Shown: positions 53,823-64,000 of the stretch, one piece after another | Layout of the letters: each line of letters opens with the position of its first letter | How positions within the stretch are numbered: the stretch's first letter is position 1 | NCBI RefSeq assembly: GCF_036321535.1 | Contig: NC_087437.1 | Span: 95,916,001-95,980,000, forward strand | DNA from: Camelus dromedarius | Lineage: Eukaryota | Direction of reading: 5' to 3' | DNA: 64,000 nucleotides | The notes under the pieces: model-generated | Told to the model about the DNA's origin: nothing | Databases searched by the model: none | What the model saw: only the letters and a program-made list of their open reading frames with translations | Translations under genes and position numbers: made by a program

Positions 53823-54297
53823 AGCTTCTCTGCCTCTCCCTCCCTTATTAGGTGTTCCATAAATATCGGAAAAATCCAGCAAAATGCAAGTGGAAAAGGA
53901 ATAAAATTTTAAAATTTTATAATAGAAACTTTAGGAAAGATATTTATAATGTTATAAGGGTTGCCAGGAGTAATTAGTCCTTAAAAGACATCTAGCTTAT
54001 TAAAATGAATTAACTGTGATTATTCTTAGAGTACCATTACACATTTTACCATTTTGTAAACTTTCAGTATAACACTTAAAACGTTAATATTCTCTCCCCA
54101 AGTTTATTCCAAGTTTGTGACACCAGGAAAGTCTCCTACATTGTAGTTAAAAATTGACCTTCTCCCTTAATATTAGTAAAATGGGTGACTAACAATACCC
54201 CATTAAGGCAAATAATGTACAATTTGACTTCCTTTCTTAACAAAAAAAAACTAACAAAATATGACAGGTTTTGTTTGTTTGTTGTTGTATTTACTTT

Positions 54298-54407
54298 TTT
54301 TTAAACATTTTTTTATTGAGTTATAGTCATTTTACAATGTTGTGTCAAATTCCAGTGTAGAGCACAATTTTTCAGTTATACATGAACATACATATATATT
54401 CATTGTC
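54298..54407 (-). mobile_element. Short young L1 3' end (distinct subfamily variant)
   Basis: ttattgagttatagtcattttacaatgttgtgtcaaattccagtgtagagcacaatttttcag; TSD ttgtatttacttt (54285-54297) / ttgtctttacttt (54403-54415). Confidence 0.85.
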
Positions 54408-55194
54408 TTTACTTTGAATTGTGTTCATTTATACTGCACCAGAAATACAAGTTTCAGTAGTTATAATTCTTAACAAAACCATCTGCTTTAACAAAAAATA
54501 TTCTCTATATATGACTTTTTTTTATATGCACTTCTCTTAGAAGTTCATAACTGGGCTTAAAATTATTGTTATTGGCAAATATTTATGTTTGTTCACATTC
54601 AACATGCACACACAAATTCATAATGTACATTTTAATTGTAAAAATAAAGAACAGCTGAATTTCTTAAGCAATCAGACAATAATTAATTTTTGACCAATAT
54701 TGTATGCTTAGCCCTGTGAGAAATGAAAGAAATTCAGATAATGGGTCATGCCCTTTTAAGGCTTAGAATTTAACTGGGGAGCCGGATTTAATGTGTGTAA
54801 AGCACCAACAAGGTTGCTATGTGTTTGCTCTTTTATATTGATCAAGAAGTAGAGGTATCAGGTTTCTACATGGAGTAACTTCGTGTGGATTATATTTATG
54901 ACTCTCCCTGAGCCCTGCTGGCAGGGAGATGGGCTCCAGGCAGTGATCTGCCAGGCTGTAGGGTGTGGTTGTTCAACTTTGGCCTGAAATAATGAATGTC
55001 AGTTCCCTGCACCCTTGCTCTAGATAAGTCACAACTTCCAACTGAGACTTTCCTTGTCATAAAGGTACTATTTCAAGCACCATTTTTCTCATTTGGTTTC
55101 AAACTTGGATGGACTGGAAAAGCACTAACACATGTCACCCAAAAGTGCCACTGTTGACCATTATTGCAAAGAGAAACTGGAGAACCCTATGAGA

Positions 55195-55690
55195 TCCTGG
55201 GAGGAGGCAGCCTGAAGGAGTTTAAACTGGGTTTTGAAGGATGAGCAGAACCCAGTTAAATCAAGTAGAAAAGGAAAAAGCTTCCAGGCATGTAAATGAC
55301 ATAAGAAGTGAAAAAGGACCACTGAGAAATAAAAGCAATATAACTCAGTCATTAAGGAAACTGCCCTGGCTCTAGTGGATAATGCTGGAGCATTTATAAA
55401 AATTAAAACATAAAAATATGAAGGTCTTGAAAGCTAGACCAAATAATTTAGACTTGATTTGACAGGCAACAGAGAAATATTTTATCCCTGGAAAAGGGGA
55501 ATGAAATAATGAAATAGTTTTTAAAAGATGATTCTGGCTGTGATGTAAAGGAGTTGGATGGGGGAAGGCAGGGGGCAAGGGCAGGTAGACTAAAGACCAA
55601 AAACACCAACCAGAAAATGTGTAGAGTCCTGGACCTGAACATTCAGAGTGGAATAGAAAAAACAAAAAAGAAGAGTGAACTGATTATGCA
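55195..55690 (-). mobile_element. L2 fragment
   Basis: tcctgggaggaggcagc...aactgggttttgaaggatgag...ttttaaaagatgattctggctg. Confidence 0.65.
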
Positions 55691-55894
55691 AAACTGCCCA
55701 TTCTTCTTGGGAAAGTTTTCTCTGTGAACATATAAGCTTTAGAAGAGCAGAGAAAAGTATCTGGACTTTGTCTTTGAAAAGTATTTGTAATCATTTGGAA
55801 GGATGATTAGATTGCAACTGTACTGATTTGCAGCTTTGATTACTAAGCATTAATTGGGAGAAAATGGCATTTTAAAAACTTAAATGAGTTTTTG

Positions 55895-56040
55895 AGCTAG
55901 CTTAGATCTCACTTTATAGATAAGGAAACTGAGTCTTCAAATGAATTTGTTCAGGTTGCATAATTTGTGTGCAGCTGGGGACAAGACCAGGCATGTGAAT
56001 TTCGACATCAATTCTCTGTCCACTAAGCCTTGCTGCCCTG
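55895..56040 (-). mobile_element. MIR core fragment
   Basis: cactttatagataaggaaactgag...atttgttcaggttgcata. Confidence 0.65.
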
Positions 56041-58464
56041 AGCTAACAAGTGCCAACCATGTTTTATGGGACAAATACCCTAAATAAAATAATACATTGG
56101 TAGTAAATCACCAATTTATTACTTAGTACTAGGTTGTCCCTAGTAATAAGTAAATGTATATGTTACAGGAAGGGTTCAGTTTATTCAAAGATGATGCCAA
56201 TGATATATTGACATGATTGACATCATTGACATGCCAAAGATTGATTGGCAATGCCCTGAAAAAGAGGTTGCTTTTATCTCCCATATAATAGTCCCTGTTG
56301 CTGTTGCCCCTTCACATCTGGTTCCTCGTTTTTGGCGGAGAGGGACATTTGATCGAGTTGCTTTGGTAGTGGTGTGAGGCCCAGGCCCTGTTTTAGCTAA
56401 TGAGTGTTACACGAATAGCAGCGATGGAAATGCCCCATATGTAGCTGGGACTGAAAGAGTGTCAACATATTTGTGTCCTGTATCTGGACCCCCACACAGC
56501 AGTGGACCTGACATCACACACCGTCCAGAAATCTGCAGCTCCTTTTAGTCACTCCACAAAGAGCTGCTGTGTCTTCGGTTTCGGTGAACAAACAGTTTGC
56601 TTGGTGAACAGCTGAAGCAAGCTGTGTCAACAAGACAGGATGTGAATTATGACATGCTGCTGTGTCTGTGAGAGCAGAGGAAGGGAGTGCAGGACCACGG
56701 CCTGGAGCATGCAGCTAGGGAGGGAGGCATGGCAGCTCCCCTGCAGCAGTGGTTGATGGCAAACATCTGCTTTCTTCCCCGTCCCCTTGGAAGATTGTCT
56801 CATGAAATAGGCCCCTGATGCTATGGCCCCCAACCAGGTTGTTCCCTCATCACAGCTCTGAGGCAATATTTGCATCTGAGAAATCATTAAAAAAAAATAG
56901 TACGTATAACATGTTAGATGGAATAAAAGGGGATGTGATAAGGAAATGTGAACGCTTACTGCATTCTCAGTTTTAAAATATCATCTGTGCTTTAGCTCCT
57001 AATTTTCACACTTCACAGCTGCTAATGGATCTCAGCGGAACTAAAGTTAAGACTGTTGACAGAAAGATGTGTCTTTTTGTCATCTCTGTCAGGTTTATTT
57101 CCTTATTCTCATATAGAAAGTTCTTATTCGCCTCAAAGTCCCTTGATATCCACTAAATTGCTTTTCTTTTTCTAACTTGAGGCCTTCTCTTCTTACTTAA
57201 AAAAAAGAAATATCTTCCGTAGCCAACAGAATGATGTAGATAATAAAGGATGATGGACGTAAATGGCTTCTCTTGTCTGGATCACTGTGAAAGTCATTGG
57301 AAGCAAAAACACGGTAGGGGATCTGGTGATGTGCCCTGGTACCACCAGCTCCAGGCAAATGTTCCGGGCGTTGGAAGACCTCATAGGCCCTCATATCTGT
57401 GATGTTTCCAAACACAACAAACCATCTTAAGATGCTCAACTGGGGCTGGGAAAAGAAAAATCAAGCTGACTCACTAATGACACCAGTGATAAGTCGTTAA
57501 GGGAAAGAGCTCTTTAAAAGCTCTGATGGCCTTGAATAATGACATCAACTTTCCTTAGAAAATGACAGACTCCTGGGGGTTCTCAGCTGAACACAGAATC
57601 CAAAAAGTTCTAAGTTCCTTCGCTTATCCAGGGCACTTTCCTTTAACATTCTGGAGTTAAAATGTCATTCAGATAGACTGACATAATCTGATTGACTTTG
57701 AAGGTTTTCACCCTAATAACTTCATGGTCAAACTGTTTCTATTCTACATGGGTTTTCTTTCATCTATATTTCTCAGCAATACTTAGAGCTGATGCAGGAA
57801 AATAAATACTACCTCACTGACCCAGTTTTTCTGCTTACACAATACTTTTCTGTCTTGTGAAGGTCTCTCTCTCTTTTTTTCTTTTCTCCACCCTAAGGGT
57901 GAAAACATATGTTATTTGCACAAATTATAATTGGAAGCTTTTATATGACTTCTTTTATCCTTTTTTCCATTTGCTATTTCTCACAACATTGTTTGTGAGA
58001 TAAGTACTGTAATGTTCCCTTTAAAAAGACCCCATTTACTAAAACACCAATAATTTATTCATGTCATCTACACAGTACTGGCAGATTTTCAAGATGTTCT
58101 AGTTTTATTACTCTGTTGTTTGCCATCATGTGATAAAAAATTTTCTGGTACTTTCTTGTTAGTTTCTCATCAACAATCACTTGATTTTTAGATTTCTTTT
58201 CTGAGTGATACAAACCTGAGCTTTAATTATATGGAACTTCACAGGTTAAAAATGGCACTTTTGGGCAGACCTAGAACAGGCCAGAAAAGACATTCATTGC
58301 CAACAACAACAACAACAAATACCAGAAGAAAGAGGATTATTTTCATAGTGCAGCCTCAAAGTTAGGCAGAATATTTACGTATAAATACTTGCCATCATAT
58401 TAAACCAATTCAGTCTTTTTATTTAAAACAGTCATTTCACAAGTATTTGGAATCTTCCAGGTAT

Positions 58465-58660
58465 AATAGAAGGATTATGGGCTTTGCAATCAAACATAGC
58501 TGGTTTTGATTAGCTCTCTGACCTTGGAGATTTAACCTCTCTGAACCTCCATTCCCATTTATTTAATGGATTTAATAAGAACAACTGCAGAGTGTGGTGA
58601 GGATTAAATGAATTTAGGGTAGCATCTGGCACCCAGCAAACTCTCTGAATATATACTATT
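58465..58660 (+). mobile_element. MIR fragment
   Basis: tgaccttggagatttaacctctctgaacctcc...gtggtgaggattaaatga...ctggcaccca. Confidence 0.7.
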
Positions 58661-59675
58661 TCAGGCACTGTAAATGTGCAACTGAAATACAAGTCTGCTT
58701 CCCTTCTGGCAAAAAATATTTTTATTTAATAAAGCACCTGACGGCAGGAATTTCTCACTGTAGTTTTAAAAAAAGCCAATAATATTTGTGTTCAAATACT
58801 CAGTGGTGGTACAGAGCAGATATTACCAGAGAAAGGGAAGACAAGAAAGGTATAATAATTGGGGAATGGTTCTTTGATGAAGTAGGACTCGAGTTTGGCC
58901 ATGAATAATACGTATAATTAATAATATTGTCAGCAAGGGGGAATAGCCATGGGGGTGACACAAACCCCACTGAAGGAAGTGTCCTAACAGGGAACCTCAT
59001 GTCATGTCAGGGACAGAGCAGTCTCTGGGATGAAAGGAGCACTGTGTGTTGGAATAAAAATAAGATTGACACATAAGTTTGATCAAGTTTATGGAGAATT
59101 TGGAACACTTGAAAGAAGGATTTAATTTAGAGTTGGCATGATATGTTGATGAGAGCAAATTTGACTCTCTGAGCAGGAAGTAGCTTGATTATAGTTTAAT
59201 TCTTGTATCGTTCACAAAAAACACATGTAGCAGCATTTGCTTAGAGTAGACAACTTTCGTTTTAGCTTCTACTGCCAGAGAAGATTTGGAAGTGAGAGAT
59301 GGAAAACCACAGTGGAGAAATTCCTTGGACGTGTGCAATAGCAATGTTATACAGAAATGGTTGTGCTACTGGAAGTAGAGTTGCTGGGTTTTATGAAGCA
59401 ACAAAAGAGAAGACTCTTTTTTATCGACTGAATATCTAGAAGTTTCAAATAGAGAGCTCCAAATGAGTTAGAACAAATGAGTCCCAGAAGTGGACCACGT
59501 GGAACAGACACAGGAAACAAGATAATGGAGGATGGAGATACAGAAGAACTGGGACCCAGATGCTCATAATGAAAAGCCTCACCAGTAGTAATGTGGGACA
59601 ATATATTGTCAGCAGTTGAAGTATGTGGTTGTTATAACCAACTATAATGTATGATCTGCTTAATTTCTATTAGGA

Positions 59676-59712
59676 TGTGTGTGTGTGTGTAGAGGGAGGG
59701 AGAGAGAGAGAG
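59676..59712. repeat. Compound (TG)n(GA)n microsatellite
   Basis: tgtgtgtgtgtgtgt followed by agagggagggagagagagagag. Confidence 0.85.
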
Positions 59713-61556
59713 TTATTAACCATCAGCAAACAATATATTTTAAATCATGAGTTGATGTCTCCTTGCATTTTAAGTAAGTTCTTCATTAAAAGAAGAACTT
59801 CATTTATTTTTAGATGGAGGTATTTGAATTAGGTGAGCCAGTTGCTATGGCTGGCCATTAACCCTTTTGAAGAGAAGAGTGAGATAGAACAGAATTTTGA
59901 GAAGGAAGTGGAGAAGGAAATAAATCAGTGAAAAAGATGTCCAAGAACAAATTTTACAAGGTAAAATGGAATTCAAGTACAGCATCCGAATCAAAGTTTT
60001 GAAATACAAAGTAAGAATATACATATCTTTACCGTTCAAAGATGAAGAAAATAAGGGGAAAAAACATTGATATTGGTGAAAAGGTCAGAGATGACCTTCT
60101 TGAAGGCAGTTTTCACACATGGTGGGACTTAAGTGGTTATGGGGACAAGGGCTAAGAATTTACAATTGAAGAAATAGAAGTAATGAGTGCAGACTTGTCT
60201 TTAACATATTAGAGACAATAGTGTGGGGTGGGTACTAAGCAAAAATTTGAGGGGCAGAGGGGTATTTGTTTTTTGAGAGAGGAGGTCTGAGTAACTTTAT
60301 ATAGAAAGAGGAAAAGGGAGGTAATGCAAACAGTATTAAAACTGCAATGGGCAGGGGAGAGGGGTGGTTATCAATAAAACTTGCTCTTTTGTAGAAGCCA
60401 GAATGAAAAGGGATCGAGCACTGAATTATTGATGCCAGAAAACAGGAGAGTCATTATTTTTCTCTGAAAAGAAAAAGGACACGAGTAAAAAATTTGAAGA
60501 AATTTAAAAATATTAGAATAGCTACTATAGAGTGTGGAATAGGAATAGGGCCAAGATGAACATAAGGACTGTTGAGGTACAGCCAGGGCTCTCTGAGATT
60601 AGGTATAGTACTTATTATATGTAATCAGTCATTTGTAGAGACTCTTTACATCAACTTCCAACAGGGTAGAAGAGAGAACAGAGGAAACCTCAGGTAAAAG
60701 TGATTAAAGTTTCAGGAATGCAGTACAGGCCAAGGGGATGAGTGACTCTAGGATGCCTTAAAGGGGGTATTGAGATGACAGATCACAATATGCACCCAAA
60801 CTAGAGAGGTGAGTGGAATCAATTCAGTTTAGCATTAATGGAAAGTCTCTAGTTTCAAGGCCAGTGCTAGGAAGAAAGAAAGAAAAAAATAACAAGCAAG
60901 CAAATGAGTAGGTGGTGAAGAATCAGAGGTCACAATAAAAGCAGAGTCAAAAAGCCTTAGAGCAGATGTAAAAGTGGAAAATGGAGAAAATTAAAAACTA
61001 TAAGTCAGAGAAAATTCATTCAAGTTCCAACTCTACACAAACTCTTCTGAGATGAGGATTTGCCAGATGGCAACTCTTTAATTGTAAGTCATTGCAGTTG
61101 AGAAGGTCAAAGAACTGTGGTGCCAGGATGCACATAGGTTATCACAGTGGTCGAGAAAAGCACTAAGCGGAAAGGCATGAAACAGTTGAAGGAAGAAAAC
61201 TCATCAATAAAATCATCAAGATACATCTGGACAGCAGGAAAGTGTAGCTACAGGATTTAGAGGTGAAGGAATATGGAGGACTTAACAGACTTCGGAAGAG
61301 GAAGTAACAGCGATAATGAAAGAGTATTCTAAAACAGCAATGAAAAACGAGTTATACTGACCATACTTCCTAGTCCAGTCATTGAAAAGGCTTATAGAGA
61401 AGATATGTGTTTAGTTTTATAAAATATTGCCAAAGGTAGCTATGTCATTTTATCACACCAAAAGTAATTGCACCATTTTGTAAAACCCTGAATAAGGTAC
61501 TAAAATTCTAGTTGATCATCAGCCTCATCAAATTTTGGTGTTAAATTTGGTGTTTC

Positions 61557-62110
61557 CAACCTGGATGTCCATCGATAGATGACTGGATAAAGAAGCTGTG
61601 GCATATACATACAATGGAATACTACTCAGCCATAAAAATGAATAAAATATATGCCATTTGCAGCAACATGAGTGGACCTGGAGATCATCATTCTAAGTGA
61701 AGTAAGCCAGAAGGAAAAAGAAAAATACCATATGACAACAGTTATATGTGGAATCTAAAAAAGATGAAAAGATACAAATGAACGTAAACATATTTACAAA
61801 ACAGAAACAGACCCACAGACACAGAAAAGAAACTTATGGTTCCCAGGGGGAAAAGGAGTGGGAAGGGATAAATTGGGAGTATGAGATTTGCAGATACTGA
61901 CTATTGTATATAAAATAGATAAACAACAAGTTTACACTGTATAGAACAGGGAACTATATTCAATGCCTTGTCGTAACCTATAATGAAAAAAGAATATGAA
62001 AAGGAATATATGTATGTTGATGTATGACTGAAACATTATGCTGTACACCAGAAATTGACAGATTATAAACTGACTATACCTCAATTAAAATATATACATA
62101 TTTAAAAAAA
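61557..62110 (+). mobile_element. Young 5'-truncated L1 3' end
   Basis: caacctggatgtccatcgatagatgactggataaagaag...gggataaattgggag...aactgactatacctcaat plus tail. Confidence 0.92.
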
Positions 62111-62129
62111 TATTTTACTTCTCATTATT

Positions 62130-63660
62130 TTATTGTTAGTGTTTTGTTTTTCGATCCTATCATTAATACACTTTTTTTAATTGTCAGCTTTATTTCCCAA
62201 TTGTTTGCTGCTATTATATAAAAATGCTATTATTTATACTGACCTTGTATCCAATGCCTTTGCTAAATTCACTTCTTAGTTCTCGTATTTGTTTTATAGA
62301 TACTTTAACATATTCTACATTTACAAAAGAAAAATTCATGTCATTTGTGAATAAAGGGTGTTTTACTACCTCCTTTATGATCTGCTTGTCTTACAGTTCA
62401 TTGTCTTTCCATGTTGCATGGGGAATGACTTCCAATACAGTACTGAATATAAGCAGTGCAGGCAGGCATGCTTGTCTCATTCCTGGTCTTATGGGAAAAG
62501 TGTCTTTGACCTTTAAGTGTCATGCTATTTGGAATAATTCTGCATATTCCTTTCATCAAATTAAAAATATCCTCTTCAATTCTTATTTGCTGAGAACTTT
62601 TATAGTGAATGGACATTGAATAGTTTCAAAGATTTTTTCCTTAGTCTATTGAAATGATTATATGAGTTTCCCCTTATTCTGTTAATGTAGTAAGTTACAA
62701 TGACTTTTTGAAAAATCTACTGTCTCACTTTGTGAGTGTGGGGCAGCAGTGGGGCATATAGCTCCTCCAGTTCTCAGATGGTCTCCTCCTTCAGCTTCTC
62801 TGAATTCTGGGCCAAGTGCATACACAACCCTGGGTGAATGCTGCCAGCTTCTCCCACAAGTTACCCATGACATGAAAGTTGGAGGTGATAAGAGAGAAAT
62901 GGGTTCTAGTTCTCCATTAACTTTTTAAAACGTTAAACCAACTTAAAATTCCTGGTACTATCACCCTCTTGGTCATTATACTGATTTGATATGTATTGCT
63001 GAATTTTATTTGCAAATATTTTGTAGAGAATATTTGCATCTAAGTTCATGAGAGGTATTTGTCTGTAGTTCCTTTCCTTGTAATGACTTTGTGTAACTTT
63101 GTTATCAGGGAAGTTAATGTTTTATTAAACAAATTGAAAGTATTTCCTACTTAATTTTCTGAAACAGTTTGTGTGAGATGGGATTATATTTCCCTCAAAT
63201 GGTTGCTAGAATTTACCAGTGAATCCATCTGGGGCTGCAGTTTTCTTTGTGAACAAATTTTTTTATAATAAACTTAATTTCTTTAATATACGTATGAATA
63301 TTACAGTTTTCTACTAATCTTGTGTAGAGTTGGTATGTTGATTCTGCAAAGAATTTGTTGATTTCATCCAAAATTTGTGTTAATTGCATTTTTCAGAATT
63401 CCATTTTATTTAACTATTTGATTTTAGCTAACCTTCCCTGTACTATCTTGGTGGTTGCTCTAGGAGTTGCAGTGTGTACCTTTAACATCTCAGTCTACTC
63501 AGTGTTAAAATTGGACCACTTCACGTAAAGTTTTAAAAACTCACAGCCGTGTAGGCCCACTTACCTCATCCCCTCCATTCTTTCTGCCATAGTTGTCCCT
63601 TGTATATAAATCATATAACATAAATTTATATTTTTAAACAAAATTTTATATATATTTTAA
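62130..63660 (-). mobile_element. Old L1M ORF2 fragment, interrupted at ~62716-62916
   Basis: tgaccttgtatcc...ttgctaaattcactt; tttgcatctaagttcatgagagg; gaatttaccagtgaatccatctgggg. Confidence 0.85.
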
Positions 63661-64000
63661 ATTAAGAGAAAAAAGTGTATATGATATATATTATATAATT
63701 ATAGTGGTATTTCTTTGAAAACATCATGAAAGCCCTGTCCCTTAGCAACATTTGAGCCTTTCATCCTGTATATCTCAGTGTGAATGAATTGATCAAATTC
63801 CTTTCTAAAAGTAAGTTCTTACGGGTTGCATCAGGCAACTCAGTAACTTGTTGGTCAGAAAGACAAAGCTAAAATCAAGGGGAGAAACTGGTTTATTTTT
63901 CCTTCACTAATATCTATACTCTTTCGTGTTGTTGTATGACTCCTTAAGACACTATTCTTCATGTAACAACCTCTCTGCCCTAAACAGATTCACAGCACGC

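Noticed and set aside
58990..61450. Purine-rich stretch, probably very old L2-type LINE
   Set aside because: Too degenerate to delimit or classify by eye; not listed as a feature.
61455..61478. caaaagtaattgc resembling a mariner/MADE1 TIR
   Set aside because: Only ~13 nt, with no partner TIR or TA duplication.
1..64000. CRISPR arrays, operons, rRNA, numts
   Set aside because: No regularly spaced repeats, prokaryotic gene density, rRNA or mitochondrial-like sequence seen; this is mammalian nuclear DNA.

Overview
AT-rich, CpG-poor eutherian genomic DNA with no protein-coding exon that I can support; it reads as intergenic or deep intronic. The ORF-track ORFs are chance ORFs or decayed retroelement frames. 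Much of the window is interspersed repeat. Ancient families are MIR, L2, MaLR/MLT1, hAT MITEs, old L1M, and a class III ERV-L remnant with RT, IN, dUTPase and an MLT2-type LTR. On top of these sit young 5'-truncated L1s, a tRNA-derived SINE and ERV1 sequences. The SINE and young L1 3' ends suggest a camelid (alpaca/llama/camel); this is an inference from recalled consensus sequences. The most unusual object is at ~19.3-20.25 kb: an apparently L1-retroposed, polyadenylated copy of an env-deleted gamma-like ERV RNA (integrase end, env tail, PPT, U3-R, poly(A), no U5, long TSD). Also notable are a tailless internal L1 fragment with a 19-bp TSD nested antisense in an old L1, a young ERV1 solo LTR, two local CpG-enriched tracts, and several candidate enhancer, exon and hairpin signals in unique DNA. 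All repeat family names were recognised by eye and no database was searched. Boundaries of the ancient repeats are approximate.
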